Shown here piece by piece: positions 9,056 to 22,897 of a stretch of DNA of 32,000 nucleotides. How positions within the stretch are numbered: the stretch's first letter is position 1; the number at the start of each line of letters is the position of its first letter. The translations under genes were made by a program, and so were the position numbers. The notes under the pieces were generated by a model. It made no database searches, was not told the DNA's origin, and worked only from the letters and a program-made list of their open reading frames with translations. This DNA comes from Coprobacillaceae bacterium (GTDB lineage Bacteria; Bacillota_I; Bacilli_A; Erysipelotrichales; Coprobacillaceae), in the NCBI GenBank assembly GCA_963675915.1, contig OY780959.1, forward strand, positions 2,010,001-2,042,000, given 5' to 3'.

Positions 9056-9547
9056 ATGAAATTAAGAAAAACAGGGAAACAAGACATTGTTCAAATAATG
9101 TCGATAATTAACGAAGCAAAAGAATACTTACAGTCACAAAACGTCAATCAATGGCAAGATGGATATCCCAATGAGGAGACTATTGAAAGCGACATCGAAC
9201 TAAGCCGCTCATTCGTTGTAGAAGATGAAGGGGAAATTATTGCAACAGCAATGCTTGAAGTGGCCGATGATCCGACTTATCAAATTATTGAGGGGGAATG
9301 GTTGAATGATCAACCATATCTAGTGGTCCATCGAATTGCCGTAGCAGAAAAATGCAAAGCCAAAGGGGTGGCTAAATTCATTATTGACGAGGCAATCAAG
9401 TTATTCGATCCAACTGATATCAGAATGGATACACACGAGAAGAATATTTCTATGCAAAGATTTTTAAATAAATATGGTTTTAAGTATTGTGGGATTATCT
9501 ATCTCGAAAACAAGGATACCCGCATGGCTTATCATTTCACGAGGTAA
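9056..9547 (+). CDS. GNAT-family N-acetyltransferase
   Basis: Acetyl-CoA motif A-like VHRIAVAEKCKAKGVAKFII, about 160 aa. The ATG at 9056 lies 8 nt after AGGTG and is preferred over the GTG at 9047. Confidence 0.7.
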   Translation: MKLRKTGKQDIVQIMSIINEAKEYLQSQNVNQWQDGYPNEETIESDIELSRSFVVEDEGEIIATAMLEVADDPTYQIIEGEWLNDQPYLVVHRIAVAEKCKAKGVAKFIIDEAIKLFDPTDIRMDTHEKNISMQRFLNKYGFKYCGIIYLENKDTRMAYHFTR

Positions 9548-9550
9548 ACT

Positions 9551-10750
9551 ATGAAAAAGAAAATTATCTTGGCATTAGCAATTGTAGTTGCATTGCCAAT
9601 CTCATCTATCAGTCCGGTCGAGGCAATTAACTTTGCCGAGAAAGAACAGGAGTATATCGAACTATGCGCCTCGGGCGCCCTTTCGTCTGCTGATGAAGCA
9701 ACATGTAAAGAGTTCAACAGCTATTTGAAAGAAAAGAACGAGAATCTAAAAGATGAAATCTCTCAAAGAACTCAGGAAGCCGCTGATACTCAGGACTCTA
9801 TCGATGACCTGACAGCTGAAATTATCAGGGTTCAAAAGCAAATTGACGAGAAGGAAATTGAAATTGACTACCTGGAAACTTCAATTGGAAATCTCGAAAA
9901 TGATATCGCCAAAAAAGAAGAAGAATTGAAAGACCGCATGTACACGATGCAGAGTTATTCGAACTCCAGAGCGATCATTGATTTCATTTTCTCGGCCAGC
10001 GATTTTACCGACCTGCTCTCACGGGTGGCTTCTTTGAACGAAATAACCGAATATGACAATCAACTGATTGATGAACTGACCCAGCAAAAACTGGATCTCG
10101 AGGATCAAAAATCAACCTTGGTCATCGCCAAAGAAAATCTAGTCGAGCAACAAACTGCAGTACAAAACAAGAAAGCGACATTGCTGGCGCTATATGCCCA
10201 ACAGAATGCTGCTTTGATTGCCGCGAAGAAAGCCAAACTCGAATCTGAAGATATTCAGGAAAAAGTAGATGACAATCTTGCCGCTCTGGCTCTGGCTACG
10301 GCGCAAAGTCAGGTAAGCCCTCAGGTCAACTGGCTCACCAACAATACCGTTGGTGAAAGAATCGCCAATTTGGCCTTGTCCAAACGCGGACTATGGTATG
10401 TCTGGGGTGGCTGTCATACCATGTCGGAAATTATGAATTTCAACTCTACTCGTTTTGATTGTTCAGGATTGGTAAACTGGGCTTATTATCAAGCCGGTGT
10501 CAATATCGGAGTCCAATATACCGGTTCACTAGTTCGGATGGGTCAAAACATTTCCCGAGGAAACATGATTCCTGGCGACATCATCCTCTTTAGCTCCAAC
10601 GGCGCTTTAAGTGGAATCCACCATGTCGGTATCTACATCGGCCATAATTACATGGTCCATGCTCCACATACCGGATCTAAAATTCAAATTGCCAGTCTGT
10701 CCAGTTCATATTGGCAAGCAGAATGGTACAACGTTAGACGTTTATACTAA
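9551..10750 (+). CDS. Secreted NlpC/P60 peptidoglycan hydrolase with N-terminal coiled coil (CwlO/PcsB-like architecture)
   Basis: Signal peptide MKKKIILALAIVVALPISSISPVEA, a long heptad-rich E/K/L region, and a C-terminal P60 domain with FDCSGLV (Cys), HHVGIY and VHAPH. Confidence 0.85.
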   Translation: MKKKIILALAIVVALPISSISPVEAINFAEKEQEYIELCASGALSSADEATCKEFNSYLKEKNENLKDEISQRTQEAADTQDSIDDLTAEIIRVQKQIDEKEIEIDYLETSIGNLENDIAKKEEELKDRMYTMQSYSNSRAIIDFIFSASDFTDLLSRVASLNEITEYDNQLIDELTQQKLDLEDQKSTLVIAKENLVEQQTAVQNKKATLLALYAQQNAALIAAKKAKLESEDIQEKVDDNLAALALATAQSQVSPQVNWLTNNTVGERIANLALSKRGLWYVWGGCHTMSEIMNFNSTRFDCSGLVNWAYYQAGVNIGVQYTGSLVRMGQNISRGNMIPGDIILFSSNGALSGIHHVGIYIGHNYMVHAPHTGSKIQIASLSSSYWQAEWYNVRRLY

Positions 10751-10790
10751 GTGCTGGAAACAGTGCTTTTTATTTTTATAATACAAAAAA

Positions 10791-10820
10791 GAGCCGGTGA
10801 AAATTTCAACCGGTTCTTTT
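10791..10820. terminator. Bidirectional terminator between the P60 gene and the 65-aa gene
   Basis: AAAAAA-GAGCCGGT-gaaaatttca-ACCGGTTC-TTTT, with one G-U pair in the stem. Confidence 0.7.
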
Positions 10821-11016
10821 AATTTTGTGTTCGTTCCAGATAATTGTTCTCAAAAATTCTATCGATAATAAATGCCGCAACCTCTTTTATCTCGGCATCA
10901 TTCAATTCTATTCCTTGATTTGAGAATTTGTCTTTTATATCATTTTTATTGTTGGTATTAACAATTTCGTCAAAGAATTCGCGGTCATTCAATAAACCGA
11001 CAATACATTTCTTCAT
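10819..11016 (-). CDS. Small hypothetical protein (65 aa), Nif11-like helical domain
   Basis: It has its own TTGACA-17-TATCAT promoter, SD GAGGGG 6 nt upstream of the ATG, and a terminator. The sequence LLNDREFFDEIVN...DIKDKFSNQGIELNDAEIKEV resembles Nif11-type domains. That resemblance is from memory, not from a search. Confidence 0.55.
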   Translation of the reverse strand: MKKCIVGLLNDREFFDEIVNTNNKNDIKDKFSNQGIELNDAEIKEVAAFIIDRIFENNYLERTQN

Positions 11017-11054
11017 AATACACCCCTCGAATATAGCAATCTTATATAAACTAA

Positions 11055-11083
11055 ATGATAGTTTCTGAACAGTAAAATGTCAA
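11055..11083 (-). promoter_or_regulatory. Near-consensus sigma-A promoter of the 65-aa gene, with an overlapping palindrome
   Basis: The minus strand reads cccTTGACAttttactgttcagaaacTATCATttag. The inverted repeat AAACTA-N5-TAGTTT (11048-11064) overlaps the -10. Confidence 0.55.
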
Positions 11084-11211
11084 GGGAAACTCAATTTTTA
11101 TTCGATTAAAGCATACTTTTTCTTTTATTGGACGCTTTTTGACCAATTCATATCGCTAATCGTTCAAAATCGTCAGTTCATAATAAGCTGTTTTGAATTT
11201 AGCTTGAAAAA

Positions 11212-11853
11212 CTAAACATAAAGATATCGTCTAATTGCTTCAAGGGTCATGTTTTTAAAGTCAAACAGATAAACATTCAAATTTTTATCCATCAGCATCG
11301 ACTTAACTTCACCAGGAAGTGATGTTCGGGCGTACATCCCGACAAGTATCGCATTTACTGTCTGGAAAGTATTGATGAACTCTTCGCTTGACCACGTCAA
11401 TCCCTTAGCTCTTACGATATCAGTCATTTCATTCAAAGATGCATATACTCTCTCTTTTAGCTGAAGTGATAATTCAGTCTCAATATTTCTTTCCAAAGTA
11501 GAAGCTTGGATCATCATCAATCTGATATAAAGGAGATGATTGTCGATCAATGATTCAATCTCATTAATTATCAAATTTTTAAGAACTTTCTCATCGATAT
11601 ATGAATATTTGGTTGATTCCTCTTTCATTCTCTCGAAGCGTTCAATATACTCGTCCACCAAAATAGTGAGATACAGTGTTTCCTTGGTCGGATAATAACT
11701 GTAAATGGTCCCCTCGGACATTCCTAATCGTTTGGTGATATTGATCATCTTCAAATTATGAAAGTCGGACTCCATAAACACTTCTTTAGCCACTTTTTTG
11801 ATTTTACTACATTTTAGAGCACGAACCTCCGGGCTCATTGCTTTTCTAGCCAT
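11212..11853 (-). CDS. TetR/AcrR-family transcriptional regulator
   Basis: N-terminal HTH ITKRLGMSEGTIYSYYPTKETL. The ATG at 11853 lies 7 nt after GGGAGG. Confidence 0.85.
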   Translation of the reverse strand: MARKAMSPEVRALKCSKIKKVAKEVFMESDFHNLKMINITKRLGMSEGTIYSYYPTKETLYLTILVDEYIERFERMKEESTKYSYIDEKVLKNLIINEIESLIDNHLLYIRLMMIQASTLERNIETELSLQLKERVYASLNEMTDIVRAKGLTWSSEEFINTFQTVNAILVGMYARTSLPGEVKSMLMDKNLNVYLFDFKNMTLEAIRRYLYV

Positions 11854-11954
11854 CAAAATTCCTCCCTTGCCCTTTTCCCCATTATAACATAATTCACACT
11901 AGATACAATATTTGGGCAGTTATTTTGATGTTATCATTTGATTTATGAGTATTT

Positions 11955-12920
11955 CTACTCATTAATTATCAAATCAATCTGACTGTTTATCATTTCCTTG
12001 AGGGTATCGCAACTTTTATCGAATTTTGATTGATCAATATTGTTCAATCTTAGTTTCACTATTTCCTTGATTCCATTGCGGTTGACTATTGCCGGTGTTC
12101 CGATATAAAGTCCTGATTGGCCGTATTCTCCTTGTTGGAGGGTGGAAATGGTAAGGACCGCATTTTCGTTTTCAAAAATAGCCTGAAGCAATCGATTGAG
12201 CGCCAACCCAATTCCATAATAAGTCGCTTTCTTTCGCTCGATTATCTCATATGCAGCGCGCTGTACCTGTTGATAGATTTCATTCAGGGCATCAAGATTC
12301 TCACCGCGTTCGGTTATATATTCCATCAGGGATTTGCAGCCGATATAGGTGTTCATCCAAGGAACGAAACTGCTGTCACCATGTTCTCCCAAAATATATG
12401 CATGAATATTGTTGGGCGATATTTGGAGATAATCGCTCATCAGATATCTCAGGCGTGCAGTATCTAGAATAGTTCCCGAACCAATCACCCGAGAAGCCGG
12501 GAGACCGGAAACCTTGTAAGCTACATAGCTCATCAAATCAACTGGATTGCTGGCAACAACTATGATCCCGTCAAAGCCGCTAGCCATTACGCTTTCAACA
12601 ATTCCTTTCATGATTCTGGTATTGATTTCAGTCAACTCCAACCGGGTTTGTCCGGGTTTTTGGGCTGCTCCCGCTGTGATTACAACCACATCAGCATCCT
12701 GACAGTCCGAGTAGTTTCCTGCGGTAATCTTAATAGATGATTTGGTATATGGTGCTCCATGGTTAAGATCCATCGCTTCGCCAATCGCTTTATCGGCATC
12801 GAGATCGACCAGAATCAGCTCATCTACACCTCCGGTATTCAAAATCGAATATGCCATCGACATTCCGACAAATCCAGTCCCAACTAGGACCACTTTTTTT
12901 TGATCTATATTGTATTTCAT
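11955..12920 (-). CDS. ldh: L-lactate dehydrogenase
   Basis: Rossmann motif VLVGTGFVG, VITAGAAQKPGQTR, and the catalytic-His block GEHGDS. The ATG at 12920 is preceded by GAGGTGAGGA. The track start at 12929 is GTG. Confidence 0.9.
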   Translation of the reverse strand: MKYNIDQKKVVLVGTGFVGMSMAYSILNTGGVDELILVDLDADKAIGEAMDLNHGAPYTKSSIKITAGNYSDCQDADVVVITAGAAQKPGQTRLELTEINTRIMKGIVESVMASGFDGIIVVASNPVDLMSYVAYKVSGLPASRVIGSGTILDTARLRYLMSDYLQISPNNIHAYILGEHGDSSFVPWMNTYIGCKSLMEYITERGENLDALNEIYQQVQRAAYEIIERKKATYYGIGLALNRLLQAIFENENAVLTISTLQQGEYGQSGLYIGTPAIVNRNGIKEIVKLRLNNIDQSKFDKSCDTLKEMINSQIDLIINE

Positions 12921-12990
12921 TATCCTCACCTCTCACCATCTTTATACCATATAATGTTACTCCAGTCTAACAATATGATGGTTTAAAATC

Positions 12991-13016
12991 AAAAAAAAGA
13001 GAAGATTACCTTCTCT
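12991..13016 (-). terminator. Rho-independent terminator of the atp operon
   Basis: Minus strand AGAGAAGgtaatCTTCTCT followed by T8, 6 nt after the atpC stop. Confidence 0.75.
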
Positions 13017-13022
13017 TTCATT

Positions 13023-14817
<1,795 letters not shown>

Positions 14818-14832
14818 TTATATTCTCCTTTA

Positions 14833-17207
<2,375 letters not shown>

Positions 17208-17217
17208 TATCTTTCAC

Positions 17218-17751
17218 CTACTTTCTTAATAGTTCTTTTCTCATTAATTCTAATCGGTTTTTAACCGATCCATCGATTACTCGATTACGCATTTCCACCT
17301 TAAGTCCCCCGATAAGATCAGGTTTTTCGACTTGGCGAAGCACCACGTTTTTCCCTTGTGATTTGCTTACTGCAGACTGAATCTGTTCAAGCTGCTGTTC
17401 ATCAAGTTTTTTAGCAGTGTAAATAATTCCTTCTTCGATTCCCAAATAATCGTTAGCTAGTTCCTTGTATGCTACAAAAATTTCATGGAAATTCTTTATT
17501 CTTTTGTTTTTAACTAAAAGCTTAAGGAAGTTAAGAACCATCTTGTCTAAATTTTCCTTGAAACTTTTATCAATTACTTCCATTTTTTCACTATCGTCAA
17601 TCAATACATGCGAGAAAAATTGGTCTATTTTTGGATTTGTAGTAAAAATATCCGCAACCAGTTCAACTTGTTCAAGATATTTTTCCACACTGTTTTTTTC
17701 CACCGCCAGGTCAAACAGAGATTGACCGTAGCAAGCTCCAACCGTATCCAT
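17218..17751 (-). CDS. atpH: F1 ATP synthase subunit delta (OSCP)
   Basis: 177 aa. The C-terminus LIGGLKVEMRNRVIDGSVKNRLELMRKEL is typical of OSCP. Operon position fits. Confidence 0.88.
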   Translation of the reverse strand: MDTVGACYGQSLFDLAVEKNSVEKYLEQVELVADIFTTNPKIDQFFSHVLIDDSEKMEVIDKSFKENLDKMVLNFLKLLVKNKRIKNFHEIFVAYKELANDYLGIEEGIIYTAKKLDEQQLEQIQSAVSKSQGKNVVLRQVEKPDLIGGLKVEMRNRVIDGSVKNRLELMRKELLRK

Positions 17752-18254
17752 TAGTTAACCATTTTATCGACAAATTCCGTTACCAGACGATCATTGTCAG
17801 TTGATTGCATATCTTTTTCCATGATTTTTGAAGCTACTTCAATCGCTACATTGACAATTTCTTCTTTCATTTGTTCTTCTGCAGCTTTCTTAGATGCTTC
17901 GATGGATTGATTAGCCTGCTCAATTTTTTGTTTTGCTTGAGCATTTGCTTCACTGATAATTTCATCTTTAGTTTTTGTCGCTTCTTCTTTCGCTAAGTTA
18001 ATAATGTTGTGATATTCTTTCGCCGCCTGTTTAGACTGCTCTTCACTAGTCACCAAGAACTCGCGTGCGCGAATCTTGCTGTCTTCAGCTTCTTGAAGGC
18101 TTCCTTCAATAAAGTCAGCCCGAGCTTGGAAATATTTGCGGACTGCGTCCCATAAATATTTCTTGAAAAAATAAACCATTACACCAGTTGATAGTAATTG
18201 AACGATAATAGTAGTGATATTAGGAAATAATTTTCCGGCAATATCAATTGTCAT
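17751..18254 (-). CDS. atpF: Fo ATP synthase subunit b
   Basis: A single N-terminal TM helix followed by a long charged helix, 167 aa. Confidence 0.88.
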   Translation of the reverse strand: MTIDIAGKLFPNITTIIVQLLSTGVMVYFFKKYLWDAVRKYFQARADFIEGSLQEAEDSKIRAREFLVTSEEQSKQAAKEYHNIINLAKEEATKTKDEIISEANAQAKQKIEQANQSIEASKKAAEEQMKEEIVNVAIEVASKIMEKDMQSTDNDRLVTEFVDKMVN

Positions 18255-18266
18255 AATAACCTCTTA

Positions 18267-18497
18267 TTATTGGAATACGAATAATAAAATCAATGAGATT
18301 AATAAACCGTAGATGGCAACAGTTTCTGAGATCCCACATCCGACGATCATCATCAAACGAATTTTATCTTCTGCTTCTGGGTTACGTCCTACTGCTTCTA
18401 CTGCACGTGAAGCTGCGATCCCTTCCCCAATTCCTGTTCCTAAACCTGCAAGTACTGCGATTGCTGCTGCAATTGCGATTAAACCTCTATCTGTCAT
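18267..18497 (-). CDS. atpE: Fo ATP synthase subunit c
   Basis: A 76-aa hairpin with the RNPEA loop and the ion-binding Glu in GISETVAIY. See findings for the E25/E58 motif. Confidence 0.93.
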   Translation of the reverse strand: MTDRGLIAIAAAIAVLAGLGTGIGEGIAASRAVEAVGRNPEAEDKIRLMMIVGCGISETVAIYGLLISLILLFVFQ

Positions 18498-18545
18498 TTC
18501 CTTTTTTCCTCCATAATTAGTTTAGTTTTTTAGAAAATATCTTTA

Positions 18546-19214
18546 CTAGCCTTCTTGCTCAAGAGCAATGTAAACACTAGATAAAGTCACAAATATAAAT
18601 GCTTGAATACAACCCGCGAACACATCAAAATAAGCATGCAACGCAGGGGCGATAATTGGTCCTAAGAAGTTAAACTGGATGATGGCACCACTAATCCATG
18701 CCAACAAACTGTATAACAGGGCCATAATAATAGATCCACTTAGGATATTCCCGAACAAACGCATTGATAACGAAATCAATGGTGCGAGTGCACTAAGAAT
18801 ATTCGTCGGTGGCAAAACCAAATCCTTTACAAAAGTGAATGCTCCTTTTCTTTTGAACGCCGTAATTTGCACCATTACGAATGTGACCAAAGCCATTGAC
18901 AACGTAATCGAGAAGTTGGACGTCGGTGAATCCAAAGCGATTAATCCACTAATGTTCGATATCAGTATGTAAATAGCCAATACCGAGAAATACGGATATA
19001 CCCACGGTTCAAAATTTGCAGGTAATATCGTTTTAAAAAAGTTATACAATGCATTAACCAAAGTCTCGCAGACTACAACAAAACCTTGAGGAGGTTTCGT
19101 CGGATCTGCAGCTGCGACCTTTTTCCCGGCAATAACTGAAAAGACAATTATTGCAAACATAATTACCAGGGAAAAGATGAGCTCCGGCTGTATTGTAATA
19201 ACTAAATTATCCAC
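18546..19214 (-). CDS. atpB: Fo ATP synthase subunit a
   Basis: Polytopic protein with the conserved Arg block LSMRLFGNILSG. GTG start preceded by AGGTGG. Confidence 0.92.
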   Translation of the reverse strand: MDNLVITIQPELIFSLVIMFAIIVFSVIAGKKVAAADPTKPPQGFVVVCETLVNALYNFFKTILPANFEPWVYPYFSVLAIYILISNISGLIALDSPTSNFSITLSMALVTFVMVQITAFKRKGAFTFVKDLVLPPTNILSALAPLISLSMRLFGNILSGSIIMALLYSLLAWISGAIIQFNFLGPIIAPALHAYFDVFAGCIQAFIFVTLSSVYIALEQEG

Positions 19215-19222
19215 ATTTCCAC

Positions 19223-19594
19223 CTACTTTCCTGTAATACTAAATATATAAATACCCATTTTCACAAACATGAATCCGATAAAAACCGTCACGATGTTAAA
19301 CCAAGCGGATACAAAAATAGCAAGGAGTAACCCGCTGGCATAAATTGCCATCTGAATAACCCGTGACAGAATTACCAATATCATTGACCACTTTGTCATT
19401 GTGCCAAACAGGGCATCAATGACAAAGATGTGAAAACGGAAATTTATCAAACATATTGCATAACCAAGTACCAATCCAATCAGGATGCTAAGATCATTCA
19501 TGAAATAACTGACTATGCTTGATACGACCACTCCATAAGAAAAAAGCCGCATCGAATTCAAAAACAATTTCTTTTCGTTTAATTTATTTTCCAT
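19223..19594 (-). CDS. atpI: ATP synthase protein I
   Basis: A 123-aa protein with four TM helices, immediately upstream of atpB. Confidence 0.7.
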   Translation of the reverse strand: MENKLNEKKLFLNSMRLFSYGVVVSSIVSYFMNDLSILIGLVLGYAICLINFRFHIFVIDALFGTMTKWSMILVILSRVIQMAIYASGLLLAIFVSAWFNIVTVFIGFMFVKMGIYIFSITGK

Positions 19595-19814
19595 ATTTTT
19601 TACTTATAGTTAATAAGGTATAAAGAATATTGATGCAGGCCAGCACCAGCAATATCAGCAAGGCAATATGGCCGCTATCGAATATCCCATCAATAAAATT
19701 ACCCAAGAACACTGCAATTACAAACGCCCCGATGATGCGAAAAGCCAAATCGAGGGCGAATACAATAATCCGCAAGGATTTCTTAGTTGGTACCAAACAA
19801 ACGGTCTCCAGCAT
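19584..19814 (-). CDS. atpZ: AtpZ/AtpR-like small membrane protein (putative F0F1 accessory subunit)
   Basis: Two TM helices with [13 protein letters not shown] between them and a position upstream of atpI. The ATG at 19814 overlaps the upp 3' end by 32 nt. Confidence 0.55.
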   Translation of the reverse strand: MLETVCLVPTKKSLRIIVFALDLAFRIIGAFVIAVFLGNFIDGIFDSGHIALLILLVLACINILYTLLTISKKYGK

Positions 19815-20406
19815 CACCCAAACCAGGAACGATGTAACCTTTTTCGTTCAATTTCTCGTCGAGCGTTCCCAAATAAATTTCAATATCCGGATGTGCAGTT
19901 TCCACTGCTTTTAACCCCTCGGGCGCTCCAACCAGACAAACCAACTGAATGTCAGTTGCTCCACGGGCTTTAACTGCATCAAGAACTGCGATTGCCGATC
20001 CACCTGTAGCCAACATCGGATCAACAACGATTACTCTTGCTTCATCAATATTCGAAGGGAATTTCGCATAATATTCTACCGGTTCCAATGTCTCTTCATC
20101 ACGAGCCATTCCGATATGACCAATTTTTGCAGTTGGGATAATTTCTCTGAATCCATCCACAAGACCGATTCCAGCTCTCAAAATCGGTACCAAAACTATA
20201 TCTTTTGACATTTCTTTACCGATCATCGGGCAAATTGGCGTTTCAATTTCCTTGTTTTGGACAGGGATGTCTTTTGTAACTTCATATGCCATTAGCATCG
20301 CGATTTCATCAAGATTTTGTTTGAATACTATTGTATTGGTATTTTTATCACGCATAATGGTAAGTTTATGGGCGATCAGATTATGATTTAATATTTTTGT
20401 CGACAT
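19783..20406 (-). CDS. upp: Uracil phosphoribosyltransferase
   Basis: PRPP loop [11 protein letters not shown] and C-terminus [12 protein letters not shown]. Confidence 0.93.
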   Translation of the reverse strand: MSTKILNHNLIAHKLTIMRDKNTNTIVFKQNLDEIAMLMAYEVTKDIPVQNKEIETPICPMIGKEMSKDIVLVPILRAGIGLVDGFREIIPTAKIGHIGMARDEETLEPVEYYAKFPSNIDEARVIVVDPMLATGGSAIAVLDAVKARGATDIQLVCLVGAPEGLKAVETAHPDIEIYLGTLDEKLNEKGYIVPGLGDAGDRLFGTN

Positions 20407-20415
20407 ATGTGCTCC

Positions 20416-21654
20416 TTATACATAACTAATATCGCTATACATTTTAACTTTATCAGTTAATTTTTTAACTCTTGCTTTGCATTCAACCATGATTTCATCA
20501 GTTTCTTCATTTTTCAGTCGGTAAGCAATGATTTTTGCGACTTCGGCGAAATCTTCTTCAGTGAATCCTTTTGTAGTCATAGCCGGTGTACCAATTCTGA
20601 TTCCGCTGGCTTTGAATGGTTTTTCAGTATCAAAAGGAATTGCGTTCTTATTGGCAGTGATGTTGATTTCATCAAGAAGACGTTCCGCTTTCTTTCCAGA
20701 AATACCACAACTTGCTTTGACATCGACAAGGATAAGGTGGTTATCAGTTCCGTCAGCAACCAATCTGAATCCTTCTTCTTTCAAAGTTTTTTCCAATGCT
20801 TTGGCATTTTTTACTACTTGTTTGGCGTAATCCTTGAATTCAGGTTGCATAACTTCAAAGAAGCATGCCCCTTTGGCAGCGATAATATGCTCCAATGGTC
20901 CACCTTGCATTCCTGGGAACACAGCACGGTTGATAGCTGCTCCAAATTCCTCTTTTGCCATGATAGCTCCACCACGTGGACCTCTTAAAGTCTTGTGAGT
21001 AGTTGTAGTGACAATATCAGCATGAGGGAAAGGTGAAGGATGTACTCCTGCCGCAACCAATCCGGCGATATGCGCCATATCAACCATGAACAATGCTCCA
21101 TTATCGTGAGCGATTTTTCCCATCAATTCAAAATCGATGATTCTAGAGTAAGCACTTGCTCCGGCAACTACTAATTTAGGTTTGATTGTTTCCACTTTAT
21201 TTTTGAAATCTTCATAATCGATAGTTTCAGTTTCTTTTGAAACCCCGTAACTATGGAAATCATAGTTGATTCCCGAGAAGTTCAACGGATGACCATGAGT
21301 AAGATGTCCACCGTCATTCAGTGACATACCTAAAACTTTATCTCCATGATCCAATAACGCCAGATAAACTGCGGTATTAGCCTGTGCTCCACTGTGAGGT
21401 TGAACGTTGGCAAATTCAGCACCATAGATTTCTTTTAGTCGGTCGATAGCCAATTGTTCAACTTCATCGACGAACTGACATCCACCATAGTATCTTTTTC
21501 CAGGATATCCTTCCGCATATTTGTTTGTAAGAACACTTCCTGCTAGTTCCAAAATTTGTGGTGAAACAAAGTTTTCCGATGCGATCAATTCAATATTTTC
21601 TCTTTGACGGTTTAATTCTTTTTGAACACTTTCAAACATTTTAAGATCTCTCAT
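20416..21654 (-). CDS. glyA: Serine hydroxymethyltransferase
   Basis: LIASENF and the PLP-Lys block [19 protein letters not shown] lies 8 nt upstream of the ATG at 21654. Confidence 0.95.
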   Translation of the reverse strand: MRDLKMFESVQKELNRQRENIELIASENFVSPQILELAGSVLTNKYAEGYPGKRYYGGCQFVDEVEQLAIDRLKEIYGAEFANVQPHSGAQANTAVYLALLDHGDKVLGMSLNDGGHLTHGHPLNFSGINYDFHSYGVSKETETIDYEDFKNKVETIKPKLVVAGASAYSRIIDFELMGKIAHDNGALFMVDMAHIAGLVAAGVHPSPFPHADIVTTTTHKTLRGPRGGAIMAKEEFGAAINRAVFPGMQGGPLEHIIAAKGACFFEVMQPEFKDYAKQVVKNAKALEKTLKEEGFRLVADGTDNHLILVDVKASCGISGKKAERLLDEINITANKNAIPFDTEKPFKASGIRIGTPAMTTKGFTEEDFAEVAKIIAYRLKNEETDEIMVECKARVKKLTDKVKMYSDISYV

Positions 21655-22095
21655 TTATTCTTCCTCCAGAGCCATCATTTTTTCAATTCGGTTTTGGTGT
21701 CGCCCACCTTCATACTCACCGTTTAGGAACGCTTCAACAATTTCCAAAGCCAGTCCTTCGCCGATTACACGTTGTCCAATCGACATCATGTTGGCATCAT
21801 TGTGTGCCCGTGTAGCTTTAGCACTGAAGACATCATTACATAATGCACAACGAATTCCTTTTACTTTGTTTGCAGCGATTCCGATCCCGATTCCGGTTCC
21901 GCAAATAAGAATACCTAAATCGCATTCTTTATTGGCAACAGCCTTTGCAGCTGGTGCGGCAAAATCAGGATAATCACAACTTTCTTCATTGTATGTTCCA
22001 AAGTCCACATATTCATAATCTTTGGAATCCAGATAACTGATGATTGCTTGTTTAAGCTGATAACCACCATGGTCACATGCGACCGCTATTTTCAT
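21655..22095 (-). CDS. rpiB: Ribose-5-phosphate isomerase B
   Basis: MKIAVACDHGG and CGTGIGIGIAANK, 146 aa. Confidence 0.92.
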   Translation of the reverse strand: MKIAVACDHGGYQLKQAIISYLDSKDYEYVDFGTYNEESCDYPDFAAPAAKAVANKECDLGILICGTGIGIGIAANKVKGIRCALCNDVFSAKATRAHNDANMMSIGQRVIGEGLALEIVEAFLNGEYEGGRHQNRIEKMMALEEE

Positions 22096-22691
22096 TTCAA
22101 TACCTCCATAATTTCTTGCTCGGTAATTTGACCGGCTCTAAGAATGATAACATTGTCACCGTCAAGTCGGAATACCGTACTGGCTTCCTTGCTTTGACAA
22201 TGGCCTTTTACAATCAGTGGAAGTTCATGATTGAATTCCTTCAAAACCTCTTCACTGGAAACCGTATTTGATTTACCCGACCGATTGGCAGAAGTGACAA
22301 GAAGAGGGCCGGTTAATTTCAACAATTCCAGGACAAACTCATCATCCGGAATCCTGATTCCAACCGTATCTTCAAGGTAAGGGATATACACATCGCTTTT
22401 CTTTTTCAAAACAATTGTAATCTTGCCTGGCATAAGTGATTCCATCACTTTTCGCTCGGATTTTGATATTTCACAAAATGCATCAGCGGCAGCCAAAGAG
22501 TCGACCATCAGTGTAATTGCCTTGCTCTTTTCCCTACCTTTGAGATCAAAGAGTTTATCCACCGCTTTGATATCATCGTATTTTGCAGCCAAACCAAAAA
22601 CAGTCTCAGTCGGAAAAGAAACTACAAGACCGTTAAGCAACGTTTGCTTTACTGTCATGATATCATCCTTACCCACTAAGACTGTCTCCAT
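22092..22691 (-). CDS. tsaC: L-threonylcarbamoyladenylate synthase (short YrdC/TsaC type)
   Basis: YrdC motifs FPTETVFGLAA and TSANRSGK. Only 199 aa, with no Sua5 C-terminal domain. Confidence 0.85.
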   Translation of the reverse strand: METVLVGKDDIMTVKQTLLNGLVVSFPTETVFGLAAKYDDIKAVDKLFDLKGREKSKAITLMVDSLAAADAFCEISKSERKVMESLMPGKITIVLKKKSDVYIPYLEDTVGIRIPDDEFVLELLKLTGPLLVTSANRSGKSNTVSSEEVLKEFNHELPLIVKGHCQSKEASTVFRLDGDNVIILRAGQITEQEIMEVLK

Positions 22692-22854
22692 TATGCCATC
22701 ACCTCATTTGTTTTATAATATCATAATATCATCAAATTTTGTATATAATTTTGACATTTTCACTGGATATAGATAGATAAAATATCAACAAATTTAAATT
22801 ATCAAGCATATCGCCCTTGTATCCGCTTTCACCCCGGCCCATAGGCTATTATAA

Positions 22855-22889
22855 TAAAAAACCGAACCATCAAAAATAGATAGTTCGGT
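22855..22889 (-). terminator. Rho-independent terminator after the LTA-synthase-like gene
   Basis: Minus strand ACCGAACtatctatttttgatgGTTCGGT followed by TTTTTT. Confidence 0.7.
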
Positions 22890-22897
22890 ACCCAATA

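Noticed and set aside
12954-12973. Rex-like palindrome TTGTTAgactggagTAACAt overlapping the putative ldh -35.
   Set aside because: The half-sites are 8 nt apart, whereas the clostridial Rex consensus TTGTTAANNNNTTAACAA has 6. The right half is also imperfect. I cannot call it a Rex box without comparative data.
22811-22850. GC-rich patch (ATCGCCCTTGTATCCGCTTTCACCCCGGCCCATAGGC) in the otherwise AT-rich spacer upstream of tsaC, examined as a possible riboswitch (ZTP, THF or glycine) or sRNA.
   Set aside because: No conserved riboswitch core sequences and no convincing helices could be found, and there is no adjacent terminator or anti-terminator. It may be a relic.
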